This document shows positions 19,542-29,888 of a stretch of 64,000 bases of DNA, in pieces. Below the pieces are notes generated by a model, which was not told where the DNA came from, did no database searches, and saw only the letters and a list, made by a program, of their open reading frames with translations. Source of the DNA: Candidatus Latescibacterota bacterium. Its GTDB lineage: Bacteria; Latescibacterota; UBA2968. Each line of letters opens with the position of its first letter. The first letter of the stretch is position 1. Position numbers and translations under genes: made by a program. The stretch lies in the NCBI GenBank assembly GCA_965208125.1, contig OZ242320.1, positions 2,528,001 through 2,592,000 of the forward strand. The letters are read 5' to 3'.

Positions 19542-19749
19542 GGTTTTTCTCTCCTGAGATAATGGATAACATAAAGCCAGCAAGTTCTGTTTTTCTTGCT
19601 GGCTTTCTTATTTGAGAATCATCTTGAAGTTATCAACTTCCGATATTACTGTTTATTCGTAGCCTTTCGGAAACATCTGACTATACCATCCACAGATATA
19701 TAAAGAATGGCGATGCCACCCACAAAAACGGGTAGCCTATGTTCACTTA

Positions 19750-20686
19750 GGTAGTGTCTGAAAAGTCGTAAAGTATGTATTTTAGTTGCAGCATACGCCC
19801 AAGACAAAGGAGTATGATATGCAACGGAGATACGAACTGAGCGACGACGAATGGCATCTGATCCAAGACTTGTTTCCACCGCCGAAGAAGATGGGTCGTC
19901 CCCGTCGAGATGATCGTACATTATTCAACGGGGTCTTCTGGATATTGTGTTCAGGTGCAGCTTGGCGCGACCTACCAGAACGATATGGTCCTTGGCAGAC
20001 AGCCTTTGATCGATTCTGCAAATGGAAACAGGATGGCACTTTTGATCGCATTGTAGAAAAATTGCATCTCAAATTGGATGAAGATGGCCTTTTAGATTAT
20101 GCGACCTGGATGATGGATGCAACCCATATTCGAGCCACACAAGCCGCAGCAGGGGCGAAAAAAAAAGGGTAAAGAGGGTGAAGAAGAGCCCCCAGACCAC
20201 GCTTTAGGACGCTCTCGTGGCGGTTTGACCACGAAAATCCATCTTCTTTGCGATGCAGTCGGGCATCCTTTAGCAGTGGACCTGCTCCCTGGCAACCAGT
20301 CAGAATCCACACAGGCTGAAAGGCTGTTATCAAAGGTACGCATACCCACCAAACAAGGACGTCCAAGAAACCGACCTCAGTATCTGGTGGCTGATAAATC
20401 TTATGATGTCTCACGCATCAGAGTCTATCTACGCAAACGGGGTATCAAGGCTGCTATCCCAAACAAGGCGATTCCTAAAGGCAGAAAACGGCGTAAGAGA
20501 GGACCAAGGCCAAAGTGTGATAAAAGATTATATGCCAAACGCAATATCGTAGAGCGTCTCTTTGGTTGGCTCAAACACTGCCGACGGATTGTGACTCGGT
20601 TTGAAAAAAAGGCGACTCATTTTCTCACTATGGTCAAGCTGGCCTGCATCAGACAACTCTTCAAAGCTTACTTTTCAGACACTACC
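19750..20686 (+). mobile_element. IS5-family insertion sequence (IS427-like, 937 bp)
   Basis: Perfect 17-bp terminal inverted repeats GGTAGTGTCTGAAAAGT / ACTTTTCAGACACTACC; TA duplicated at 19748-49 and 20687-88. Confidence 0.92.
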
Positions 20687-20689
20687 TAG
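19819..20689 (+). CDS. IS5-family DDE transposase, two ORFs joined by a probable -1 frameshift
   Basis: orfA RYELSDDEW...WRDLPERYGPW...DATHIRA; A9GGG at 20158-20169; orfB GRSRGGLTTKIH, ADKSYD, RNIVERLFGWLK. Confidence 0.9.
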
Positions 20690-20887
20690 TTCTCCAAGTG
20701 CTGTATCATCGTAAATGATAGCAGTGTATCCGAGAAATATCCCTGTCATAAGTCCGACGCTCGCCATAATGATCGTAATGATTTGTGGAAGGTCAGGTTT
20801 GTTTTTTTTATAAAAGACGATACAGGTGTAAACAATCGCAAGCACTGCACCGAGAATTAGGCCGATTTTTTGTATGGTAAGCGACAT

Positions 20888-21118
20888 CTATCCTCTGCTT
20901 CCAACCTTGTATCCACAGAAAACACCGACAGCACCTCCGATGGCAATTCCCACTGGCCCAAAGGGACTGCCAAGTACCAGACCACCTATAAATCCTGAAA
21001 CTGCGGGTGTGTATGAAGCAAGGGGAGAGATTTGTGGTTGTCGGTACAGATTTTTACGATCAACGGATGCTGTGTTATCTGTTTGTTTGTGCTGATTTTT
21101 GCGATCAAATAATCCCAC
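20888..21118 (-). CDS. Small protein with C-terminal glycine-zipper-like segment
   Basis: GFIGGLVLGSPFGPVGIAIGGAVG; GTG start behind AAGGAGA. Confidence 0.5.
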   Translation of the reverse strand: MGLFDRKNQHKQTDNTASVDRKNLYRQPQISPLASYTPAVSGFIGGLVLGSPFGPVGIAIGGAVGVFCGYKVGSRG

Positions 21119-21222
21119 AGTCAATCTCCTTTTCTACTTGAGAATTATCTTATGGCGATATGGTCTCTTTCAATGATACCCAAAAGATACTTGATAAACA
21201 AACGGATTTTGTTTGTTTCGTA

Positions 21223-23214
21223 TTACCACCCGTGAATCCCATGCCCTTGATCTGGAAACCAGATTACATCTACGAGGAATGCGATTCCGATTGCAAATAC
21301 AAATCCCACGATTAGCCCATAACAACACGGGCGCACCCGCCGGTAGAGCAGGATCCCTCCGAATTGCAGTACCAGCAGCTTGGCCAGCCATACTAAGAAG
21401 ATATCGAGAATATAGATGCGCATGTACCAGCTATACATGACCATCAATCCCATGGGATGGATGGGCCACCAGGGGAGCCTCGCCTGAAGTACGGCAAATA
21501 GTAGCGCGCCCAGGGTGCCCAACAGGTACACACCTGTTTTTTCCAGGTCTGGAACAGACCGATCCGTATCGCCGACTGCTCCGGCGATAATATTGTACCG
21601 TTCTCTCGCCGAACCCTCCAGTGCCCAGGAATGAAAGCTGGCACCGCCCCAGGTATAACACAGCCAGACCGTATAAGAAGCGCCAATGATCACCCCGAGG
21701 AGCACGCCGATCCAGATCAATCGGTTTGTCTTTGTCGATCTTGCCATCGTCCGTTCTATATTGGGCAGCGCCGTTGGCACGCGCCAGCCTGCCAGCAAAC
21801 GGTGATTCACCATGTGCGTGCTTACCAGCGTGGGTGTGGACATGTTGCGCGTGCCCACAAACATATCGCCCAGTATGGTCGTTCCGCCTGCCCAAAAGGG
21901 GAATAAATAGGCGAAGCCCGTGGCTGCTACGAGCTTCATCGATACAAAGAGGCCGATCCAGAATGCCGCCATCCACAATATCAGTGTTGATGGGCTGTTT
22001 CCCGACTGATAAAGCCAGAATGCCATATAGATCAACCCGCCTGCAAGCACCAGCAAGGTGCTACGAGGAGACAGGATCATGGTTTCGGAGGCTTCGCCTG
22101 CAACTGGACTGCGAACCTGTCTCCAGACGCGTTTCAGATGCCCGCGTGCTGCCCATATCGCCCAGAGGGCTAGTCCCAGCATCGCCCCGTTGGAGAAAAG
22201 GTTTACTATGACGCCCGCATCGGCTTCTTGTCCGCTCATTCCCACTGTGAATCCCACGCGGTTCATGGCGTATTGTGCCCCCAGTCCTACGAGGTAAACC
22301 GACCAGATGCTGAACAGGATGTTCAGGTCGCACAAAAAAGTAAATCCCATCAGGGTGGGCAGGATGCGATAGGAGAAGGCAAATGGCGGCAAATACCGGG
22401 ACAGGGGTGCGCCTCTGCGTCCGGTTCGCCCGAACATGGGGTCAAAAATTGCAATGCGGGGAAAATCGGGGATGAAGTATTCTGCGATGTTCCAGAGGAG
22501 GGGAAATGCTGCAATAAAAAATCCGGCCCAGAATACTTTGCTCTTCATAAAGGCAGGCCAACCCGGTTTTCGGTCAAATCCTTCGGTGAGTTCCAGGGAG
22601 ACTTCGGCGAGGGGATAGACCAGGCGCTCGTGTTGCGCCCATTGTTTTTGAAATAATGCGGTCAATCCCAGGCCAATGGCCGTGATTGCAAGGGCGATGG
22701 ATCCCGCCCAGAAGATTGGCCCCAACCACGCGCCCCAGGGTACGTCTGACCACAGCCCCTGATAGAAGCCATCGACCACACCTGGACTGTTTAAGGGCAA
22801 CATCCAGTTGGGCAAGTCGTCAAAGTACAGTTCTTCCCAGCGGTTCTCCGGCGAAGCAAAATAGCGCGGTGCGGCCATCATGCCAGCCCACTGCGTTGCC
22901 CAGTTAAAGCCGGCAAATAAGCCGCCGACCCACAAGAGGCAAAATAGCACCCGCATCTCTGTTGCGGACAGGGATAACCGGGGCCAAAAGCGCTTCAATA
23001 CCGAGTTGCCCAGGAGCCAGAATACGAAGGGCAATAATACGGTCATTGGCAGATTGGACATTGCCAGAAGGCCGGATCGCGTGCTCAATTCCACATACGT
23101 TGACATGGCACACGCAAAGACCAGCGTACCTACCATCGCCAATACGGCTGTTTTGCGTACTCGGCTCTCGGTTTCTGTATTTGGAGTTTCAACGCGGTCA
23201 GGCGTTTGTGACAA
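21223..23214 (-). CDS. DUF6785/DUF6784-type polytopic membrane protein (putative transporter)
   Basis: 663 aa hydrophobic; ASPENRW, QWAQHERLVYPL, WWPIHPMG, terminal HGW. Confidence 0.75.
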   Translation of the reverse strand: MSQTPDRVETPNTETESRVRKTAVLAMVGTLVFACAMSTYVELSTRSGLLAMSNLPMTVLLPFVFWLLGNSVLKRFWPRLSLSATEMRVLFCLLWVGGLFAGFNWATQWAGMMAAPRYFASPENRWEELYFDDLPNWMLPLNSPGVVDGFYQGLWSDVPWGAWLGPIFWAGSIALAITAIGLGLTALFQKQWAQHERLVYPLAEVSLELTEGFDRKPGWPAFMKSKVFWAGFFIAAFPLLWNIAEYFIPDFPRIAIFDPMFGRTGRRGAPLSRYLPPFAFSYRILPTLMGFTFLCDLNILFSIWSVYLVGLGAQYAMNRVGFTVGMSGQEADAGVIVNLFSNGAMLGLALWAIWAARGHLKRVWRQVRSPVAGEASETMILSPRSTLLVLAGGLIYMAFWLYQSGNSPSTLILWMAAFWIGLFVSMKLVAATGFAYLFPFWAGGTTILGDMFVGTRNMSTPTLVSTHMVNHRLLAGWRVPTALPNIERTMARSTKTNRLIWIGVLLGVIIGASYTVWLCYTWGGASFHSWALEGSARERYNIIAGAVGDTDRSVPDLEKTGVYLLGTLGALLFAVLQARLPWWPIHPMGLMVMYSWYMRIYILDIFLVWLAKLLVLQFGGILLYRRVRPCCYGLIVGFVFAIGIAFLVDVIWFPDQGHGIHGW

Positions 23215-23230
23215 TTGGGCCTCCTCCCCG

Positions 23231-25189
23231 TTACCATCCGTGTACGAAATGTCGGTTCAATGGAAACCAGATCGCATCCACTATTGTCGAAGCTCCCACC
23301 CCCACCAGATATCCCACCACAATACCGTACCAAAATGGCAGCGATCGCCGATAGAGACTCACCCCGCCAAAGCGCAATGTCAATGACTTGGCCAGCCATA
23401 CGATGAATATCCCAAATCCGTAGCGAAATCGGCTGTCTGGAAAAGCCAGACCGAACGGGTGAATCGGCCAGGCCGCGTACCGCATGCCCAAAAGCGTCAA
23501 TAAGCCCGCCTCGGCAATACCCAAGAACCATACTATGGTTTTGTCCAGATCGAAATACGCTGGCTGTGTTCCTTCAATCAGCGACACTTGCCTGACCATG
23601 TGTCGCCAGTCGGGCATATAGGCATGATTCAATCCGCCTTCCATGTAACACAGATAAAGCTGTGCGGCACAGGCCACTGCAAATGCCCCCAGGAGGGCAA
23701 CGGGCAACACACCTGCGATGGTCCATGAGCGCTGCAGCCCATTACCCAAGAGCTTAAAAAAATGGGGAATTGCTGGCACAGATAGCATGCGGGCTGGCGC
23801 TCCGGCAAGGGCGTTTCGGCTTACCACTATCAAACCCGTCAAATCCCGGCTCGAAATATTTAATGTCCCGTAGAGCGCTTTCATAATCTGCCACCCTTTT
23901 TCTCCCTGAGGCGCGAGGAATACGTAGCCCGTGGCTGCCGCAAATTTGGTTACGCCGAGGTAGATGACGAATAGAAGGCCCATCTGCACCATTGCCGAGG
24001 GCAGACTGATGCCCATTGAGAGCAAAAAACCTGTGAAAAAGACTGTGGCACTTAAAAGCCCCAGCCAGGCCGTGCGATAGGACACGGGTACCCCATCGTC
24101 TTGGGAGCGCAGGTCTCCAAAAGCCTTGTGTAGCGTCTCCTTCAGGTGATCTCGGGCGACCCATACCGACCAGATAACCAGAAAAACCAGTGCGCCGTGT
24201 GCCTCCAGCATCAAAATTTCTTCGGGCGTAGCTGTCTGGCCCTGCAACCCGATGGTAAAGCCCGTGCGGTTCATCACTGTCATCTTAAATGCATTGACGA
24301 GGAAAAAAAACCAGAAACTCATCAAAATATTCAGCGGGCACAAATAGGCCAGACCCATCATCAGCGGGTGAATGCGCAAATAGATCGTGGGAATATACTG
24401 TCCCGTATCTACCGCTGTGGTCAGCCAGTGGTCGTAGATCGTGATGCGGGGCAATGTCAGGACAAAATAGCCGGTGATATTCCAGAAAATCACGCCGGCT
24501 GTACACGCAAATCCGGCCCAGAAAACCCAGTCTTTGAACACGTCGGGAACCCGGCTTCCCTCGGATTCTTCCAAAAGTGCCAGGGGTACTGTAGCCAGGG
24601 GAAAGGACAGGCGCTCGTGCAGGAGCCACTGTTTGTAGAATAGCACGCTGGCAAAAAATCCGGCCAGTACCAGAGATAGACTCCCCACAAACCACCAGAA
24701 CAGCGGAACGATCCAGTGTGCCCAGGGAATCTCGTCTCTGTGTTCCAATCCCACGTATAGTCGCTCTACCACCTCGCTTCCTCGATCCATAAATAACCAC
24801 CGGGGCAGGTACTGACCCGCTACTTCCCAGAATCGGTTTTCGGGTGAAGAAAACGCCGCTGGCGCCGAAATATCTGTGATTAAATACCCCACCCATCCGA
24901 TTGCGGGCACAGTGGCTACCATCCACACAATCCCAAAAATGGTCACTACTTCGCTGCGCGATAGGGCAAATCGGGGCGCTGTCAGTTTCAACACGGTGTT
25001 GATCCCGATCCACACCACGAGGGGCAGCAATGCGGTTACGGGCAAAAAACTCTTCATCAAATTTCGCCCGTAATAAGTCGCAAAAAGACACACCCCTGCA
25101 ATTGTGATCATGGCCAGAACAAAAGCTCTGAGCGTCACGCCCTGGGGTTCTGCAACGGGTGCCTCAATTGTGCGTTGGGAAATCGCCAC
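23231..25189 (-). CDS. DUF6785/DUF6784-type polytopic membrane protein (putative transporter)
   Basis: 652 aa paralog; SSPENRF, QWLLHERLSFPL, WPIHPFG, terminal HGW. Confidence 0.75.
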   Translation of the reverse strand: MAISQRTIEAPVAEPQGVTLRAFVLAMITIAGVCLFATYYGRNLMKSFLPVTALLPLVVWIGINTVLKLTAPRFALSRSEVVTIFGIVWMVATVPAIGWVGYLITDISAPAAFSSPENRFWEVAGQYLPRWLFMDRGSEVVERLYVGLEHRDEIPWAHWIVPLFWWFVGSLSLVLAGFFASVLFYKQWLLHERLSFPLATVPLALLEESEGSRVPDVFKDWVFWAGFACTAGVIFWNITGYFVLTLPRITIYDHWLTTAVDTGQYIPTIYLRIHPLMMGLAYLCPLNILMSFWFFFLVNAFKMTVMNRTGFTIGLQGQTATPEEILMLEAHGALVFLVIWSVWVARDHLKETLHKAFGDLRSQDDGVPVSYRTAWLGLLSATVFFTGFLLSMGISLPSAMVQMGLLFVIYLGVTKFAAATGYVFLAPQGEKGWQIMKALYGTLNISSRDLTGLIVVSRNALAGAPARMLSVPAIPHFFKLLGNGLQRSWTIAGVLPVALLGAFAVACAAQLYLCYMEGGLNHAYMPDWRHMVRQVSLIEGTQPAYFDLDKTIVWFLGIAEAGLLTLLGMRYAAWPIHPFGLAFPDSRFRYGFGIFIVWLAKSLTLRFGGVSLYRRSLPFWYGIVVGYLVGVGASTIVDAIWFPLNRHFVHGW

Positions 25190-25197
25190 GACAAATC

Positions 25198-26571
25198 CTA
25201 CCAGTCTCCGCGCTGATATTTGTCCCAGGTTTCAAAGAGTGTCTGTTCCAATGTTTGAAGTTTCTCGGCTGTGCCGGGGTGTGGGGTGTGTGTATAGACA
25301 GCCCGGTTGATGTCGGTTACTGCCTGGATCAGATTTTCGCGCGGGTTGCCCTGCAGGTCGTAATAGCCATTCTGGTTGTTCTTTGCGAGTGTGTCACCGC
25401 CCTGATCATACATACAGGCGCAATATGTGACGCCCAGAACCTGCGGGTCTTTGTAATGTCTCATCAGGCTTGCGCGGTATATTTCACCGCGTGCGTCGTG
25501 AGATGATACACCAGCGTGACGCTTGCCCTTTTCGCCGGGATAGTGGAATCCGAAATAGTCATCTGACATGAGGATGGGCAATTCTGCGGTATCGGCCAAT
25601 TTGTTGACTGAAATTGTGCGGTTAACATGTTGGGGTGCGATCATGTCGATGTAGGGTGCCGCTGCTTTCCACGAGTCTCCGGTTAAAGCCCATTCTTTGA
25701 TAAAAGAGCCAAAGATGAGGTGCTTGCTGTCCCACCGCCGAATGGCGGTATGGGCGATCTTGTAGAGTGTGACACACATGCAGGAGAGGATGGCTTCGAA
25801 GTCATCCAGTTGCCGTGGGTCCAGTGTTTTTTGTATTGCCGGATAATTGCGGTTCTCGAAGGCCTGATCGTAGGCGAGTATTTCCGTTTGTTTCAGGTCG
25901 GTAATCTGGCTCAAAGAAATGCCGTATATCCGGTTGAATTTTTGAACGTCGTTGTCATATCGTTGCGCGAGCAGGTCGATGATGGCATTTCGCCCGGGGC
26001 TGTCTGGCGGTAGGGACAGATGGTGATTCACCCAGTGTTCTGAATGGTTAAATGCGCCGAAGCCGTAATAATAGCCCATTACGAGCGGGTCATCTGCAGC
26101 GGCTGGACAAGCCGCTTCGGCTCTGGATTCGATCAGTTGTTCAAACGCGGGATCAAAAATATCCGGGAGTGTTTCTCCTTCGACAAATTCCCAGGGGTGT
26201 TTCAGCAAGATTACGCCTACTGCAAAGGGGAAATGCTCCTCTCGAAATATTGCTTCTGATTCTTCTATATCGACAAATCCGTTCAGGTTGCGTTCCGGGC
26301 TTGTGGCACCGCCCAGGGCGCAGTTAAAGCCCATTGCACGGGCATTGGCAAGCGAGCCGCGCACCCATGCTTCCCGGTCGCCTCCGTAGATATTTTCGCA
26401 GGCTACATCGCTTTCTCCTGACAACAGATGGCTGAGTGCCACGGGAAAAAAGACGTTGCCCTGCGGCGTTATAAACCAGTTTCGCCCATCGATTTTTTCC
26501 AGATGAAAAAAACCGGTCTTTTCGCCTTGAATACCCGTCCAACCACCGTATTCATCCAGTTCGTTGTTCAT
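25198..26571 (-). CDS. GH50 beta-agarase-like (GH-A) protein with atypical catalytic residues
   Basis: DEYGG, TGFFHLEKIDGRNWFITPQGNVFF, LPDIFDPAF, AIRRWDSKHLIFG; start set at MNNELDEYGG. Confidence 0.65.
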   Translation of the reverse strand: MNNELDEYGGWTGIQGEKTGFFHLEKIDGRNWFITPQGNVFFPVALSHLLSGESDVACENIYGGDREAWVRGSLANARAMGFNCALGGATSPERNLNGFVDIEESEAIFREEHFPFAVGVILLKHPWEFVEGETLPDIFDPAFEQLIESRAEAACPAAADDPLVMGYYYGFGAFNHSEHWVNHHLSLPPDSPGRNAIIDLLAQRYDNDVQKFNRIYGISLSQITDLKQTEILAYDQAFENRNYPAIQKTLDPRQLDDFEAILSCMCVTLYKIAHTAIRRWDSKHLIFGSFIKEWALTGDSWKAAAPYIDMIAPQHVNRTISVNKLADTAELPILMSDDYFGFHYPGEKGKRHAGVSSHDARGEIYRASLMRHYKDPQVLGVTYCACMYDQGGDTLAKNNQNGYYDLQGNPRENLIQAVTDINRAVYTHTPHPGTAEKLQTLEQTLFETWDKYQRGDW

Positions 26572-26610
26572 TGCGTTCATTCCTATGCGTTTCCCCCGTG
26601 CATTTTTCAG

Positions 26611-26655
26611 AAAAAAATAGGCGCCGACGGATGAGGGTACTCCGTCAGGCGCCTG
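26611..26655 (-). terminator. Intrinsic terminator after PorV-like gene
   Basis: Minus strand AGGCGCCTGACGGA-loop-TCCGTCGGCGCCT followed by ATTTTTTT. Confidence 0.65.
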
Positions 26656-26680
26656 TTGTACGACGGATGCAAACGCGGTC

Positions 26681-27754
26681 TTACTGTCCGAATTCAAATC
26701 CGACCGTCACGACATGTACTGAACCCAGACGGCCAAATTCGATATAGGCATAATCCACGCTGATCCCGTATTGATCGCGCTTCAGATTGAGGCCCCCGCC
26801 AGCGGTCAGGCCCTCTTCGTCGTAATTGAAGCGGTACCCACCGCGGAGATAGGCCAGGTTTCGCAATCCGTATTCGGCGGCTATGTGCATTTTTTCGTCG
26901 CCGTCATTGGGATGCGTAAACTCGGTTGCCACTGTGAGGAGATGGGGTTGGTCCTCTGACTGTTCGACCAGATCAAAAGCCGCACCGAGTTTGAATACCA
27001 TGGGCATTCGCACTTGCGATGGCGGTATTTGAATCTGTTCGTCGTATTTGGTGAACTCGGTATCGGGACCGAAATTTTGACCGAGCATGGCTATCCGCAG
27101 GCTTTTGATGCCGGTGTGATAGTACGTGCCGATATCAATGGCCCAGTTGCCGGTGGTGGCATCGTCCAGGGTTTCCTGGAAGTACTTCACGGTGCCGCCC
27201 ACCTGCAAGCGGTCTGTGATGCGCCGACCATAATTGATGCCCACGGCGAGATCACCGCCGGAAAACGTGCCCAAGCCGTCTATAACGGGCTGGGTGCGAC
27301 CCAGGGTTTCGCCATCGGGACCAAATAGTTCCTGGTTTTCCGTGCGTACCATATCCCCGTAATCGAGGGTGCTGATGCTGAGGCCGAAAACACCCCACTG
27401 GTCAAAATTTTTGACTACAGCACCGGAATAATAGGTGATGTCGGCAATCCAGTTCATGCTGCTGCCCGAAAGGCTGAGATTTGATACGTCTGAGATTGTA
27501 GCTGGATTGGTCAATGCGGCGTTGGCATCTGCCTTACTCAATACCGTTGCAATACCTCCCAGACTCGCCATGCGCGCCGAGGAGGGCAATTTGGCAAATT
27601 GCCAGCCCGACCGTCCCACGCGGCTATAGGGCAGGGCCTCAATGCCCGGTCCCACTTCCGCTTCGAACCGCCGCTGTGCGAACCCTTCACTTGCAAATCC
27701 CAGCACGAGCAAAAGGATTGGGATGATTGTCCATTTAAATGTACAACGTTTCAT
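26681..27754 (-). CDS. PorV/PorQ-family outer membrane beta-barrel
   Basis: Signal peptide; SARMASLGG, NPA, DIGTYY, YLRGGY, VDYAY...FGRLG. Confidence 0.8.
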   Translation of the reverse strand: MKRCTFKWTIIPILLLVLGFASEGFAQRRFEAEVGPGIEALPYSRVGRSGWQFAKLPSSARMASLGGIATVLSKADANAALTNPATISDVSNLSLSGSSMNWIADITYYSGAVVKNFDQWGVFGLSISTLDYGDMVRTENQELFGPDGETLGRTQPVIDGLGTFSGGDLAVGINYGRRITDRLQVGGTVKYFQETLDDATTGNWAIDIGTYYHTGIKSLRIAMLGQNFGPDTEFTKYDEQIQIPPSQVRMPMVFKLGAAFDLVEQSEDQPHLLTVATEFTHPNDGDEKMHIAAEYGLRNLAYLRGGYRFNYDEEGLTAGGGLNLKRDQYGISVDYAYIEFGRLGSVHVVTVGFEFGQ

Positions 27755-27766
27755 TATAGCCTCCGC

Positions 27767-29851
27767 TTATCGAATGATCATGAATTTCCCAACGTGAGAC
27801 TGGCCTTCTTGTCCCGCGACATGAGAGGTTACGTGATAGATGTAAAGTCCCGCGGCCGGGCTTTCGGAAAAGTCCGTTTGCAAATAATTGCCAGCGGCCT
27901 GGCTGCCCCAGGTGGTTTCGCCAAAACCGTCGTGTTCAATAATTTTTATCAGATCGCCCGCAAGCGTGTAAATCCGGATGGTGCATTTGGCCGGGATATT
28001 CACAAAAGCCAAACGGTTATTCTGCGCCGGATCCAATAATCCGCTGCGCTGCCGGAAGGGATTGGGCACGACGCGGATCTGGGTCATATCATCTGATGGT
28101 GCCTTGGGGGCTTCCGCAGCGAAAAACGTATAGGCCGTTATACCGCTTTCCAGGCCGTGCCTATCGTAGGAGGTCACAGCAAAGCGGAAAGGGATACCGG
28201 GATCGGTCTCGATTTGAAAAACGATCTTATCGCCCTGCTTATAAGCTGCAGCTTCTGAAGCGGAAATATCCTCAAGCAGTTCCCAGGGACCGGTGATGTG
28301 AATTTCTGATCGGTAAACCCGATATCCGGCAAGGTCATTTTCACCTGTACCCGGGTCCTGGTAATTGTCCGGCACGGCCTGCCAGGTCAAGGTGAAACCC
28401 TGTGTCCCGGTACTGGCGTCGGCAAATGGCTCAGCCTCCAGCTTGGGGTATCCGTCTTCAACAAATGGCTGGGTTCCCACAAGAGGGGGTGGGTACTGAT
28501 CGGCGGGCAACTTGTAGTTATTGGCGATCAGTTCCAGAGCCGAATCCCAGTTTTGCTTTAACGCAGAAATACCTTCTGCCTGGTATCGCTGTGCAGCTTC
28601 CAATCCACCGCGTTGCGACACATTGCGGTCCATCTCGCCAAAGCAATAGAGGATAATCAGTTCAATTTCATCGCCGGGCTGAAAAGTGTAGGGACCAATG
28701 TAGGAATACAGCATGGGAGATCGCTCGAAGAGATTGCCATCTACCGATCCGTCTTTGGGACGGGATGGGTCGTTCCAGAGGTCAATCCAGCTTGCGCGTT
28801 CTTGATCGTGTGAAAAGGCTATCAAATCCTGTTCCCAGCTTTGCCCGGCCCACAGACGCCCGGATTCGCGCGTTGGTACGCGATCGTCGCTCATCCTTCC
28901 TGCGAAGTTGCCCGTCCGCGTGCCAGACTCGGCCGCGGCCAGGATATTGTAATGGGGTTCTTCAGGCTGACCGTTGAAAGTCAGATTTAGAATGCCCCAC
29001 GCCCGGGCTTCTGGTTCGTAAAGCCTGCGATCCAGGGATCCTGCCTCGGTGATATTGCCGGGGTCGCCAGCATCACCTGTCACGTCTCCCGGTGGCTCGA
29101 ATATGCTAAACGAAATGGGCGCGCTTTCCGTGGTCGGCCACTGCACATCGTCGTAAAAAATGAAAATTTCCCGTTCGGGATCCCAGTCGAATTGCATGTC
29201 GTTCTTGAACTTGAAGGCGTTGTTCACGAGCTGACCGTTGTTGTATTGCACCTGAGCGGGAAAACACATGTAGAAATCTTCAAAGGGTACGTCATCCACA
29301 TGTTTGATCTTGATCTTATGGATGACAAAATCATCGTACTTCGGCACGCTCCACACCATAGTCTTGGTGGTAATTAACATCGCCCCCATTGGCTGGCCCG
29401 CGCTGGATGGATCCATTTTGAAGGTCTGGAAAACCCCTTCAGCCCATTGCTCGGCCTCGTTGGTTCCGCCCGTCCCCGCAAAATTGTAATTGTAATTGTT
29501 GACCATCGTCTGCGCAGCACCGCCATACGAAGTAATACTGCGTTCTGTTAAATTAATCTTAACCCGTCGTCCCTGATTGTTGACCCAGATCCAGGGTGCA
29601 ATCATATCCATATGATCCGGTGCCTGGTAATAGCCGGGATATGAAACGACATTGGGAATCGCCGTTTCTGCGTAATTCGCTGCGGTACTCGTGCCCCACC
29701 ACAATCTCCCGGCGGTAAATTCAATTGGGTTGTTGCCCACGAGTTGGCTCTCGGGCACTGGCTCCGTAAGCACCTGGGCATTTACAACCTCCGGCAACAT
29801 CAGCATCAGGCATATCACCCAGAGTGGGAGGAGCCTGCGTATTGCATTCAT
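27767..29851 (-). CDS. Secreted protein with FN3-like region and T9SS type A C-terminal sorting domain
   Basis: Signal peptide; LAGYRVYRS; C-terminal IRVVPNPF...IRIYTLAGDLIK...GLYIYHV...KFMIIR. Confidence 0.8.
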   Translation of the reverse strand: MNAIRRLLPLWVICLMLMLPEVVNAQVLTEPVPESQLVGNNPIEFTAGRLWWGTSTAANYAETAIPNVVSYPGYYQAPDHMDMIAPWIWVNNQGRRVKINLTERSITSYGGAAQTMVNNYNYNFAGTGGTNEAEQWAEGVFQTFKMDPSSAGQPMGAMLITTKTMVWSVPKYDDFVIHKIKIKHVDDVPFEDFYMCFPAQVQYNNGQLVNNAFKFKNDMQFDWDPEREIFIFYDDVQWPTTESAPISFSIFEPPGDVTGDAGDPGNITEAGSLDRRLYEPEARAWGILNLTFNGQPEEPHYNILAAAESGTRTGNFAGRMSDDRVPTRESGRLWAGQSWEQDLIAFSHDQERASWIDLWNDPSRPKDGSVDGNLFERSPMLYSYIGPYTFQPGDEIELIILYCFGEMDRNVSQRGGLEAAQRYQAEGISALKQNWDSALELIANNYKLPADQYPPPLVGTQPFVEDGYPKLEAEPFADASTGTQGFTLTWQAVPDNYQDPGTGENDLAGYRVYRSEIHITGPWELLEDISASEAAAYKQGDKIVFQIETDPGIPFRFAVTSYDRHGLESGITAYTFFAAEAPKAPSDDMTQIRVVPNPFRQRSGLLDPAQNNRLAFVNIPAKCTIRIYTLAGDLIKIIEHDGFGETTWGSQAAGNYLQTDFSESPAAGLYIYHVTSHVAGQEGQSHVGKFMIIR

Positions 29852-29888
29852 CTAAAACTCCTTTGTTGTTTGAGAAGGGAATTCGCAG

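Larger units (their letters stand above)
19646..20887 (-). pseudogene. Small membrane protein gene interrupted by IS
   Basis: Joining 20887-20687 with 19747-19646 restores an in-frame 100-aa ORF (...TALGEL|SEHRLPVFVGGIAILY...KQ*). Confidence 0.85.

Noticed and set aside
20158-20172. Transposase frameshift as inactivating mutation
   Set aside because: A-run at the orfA/orfB overlap is the usual programmed frameshift position in two-ORF IS5-family elements; IRs and TSD are intact.
26572-26697. N-terminal extension of the GH50-like ORF
   Set aside because: Overlaps the PorV-like stop and runs through a terminator hairpin.
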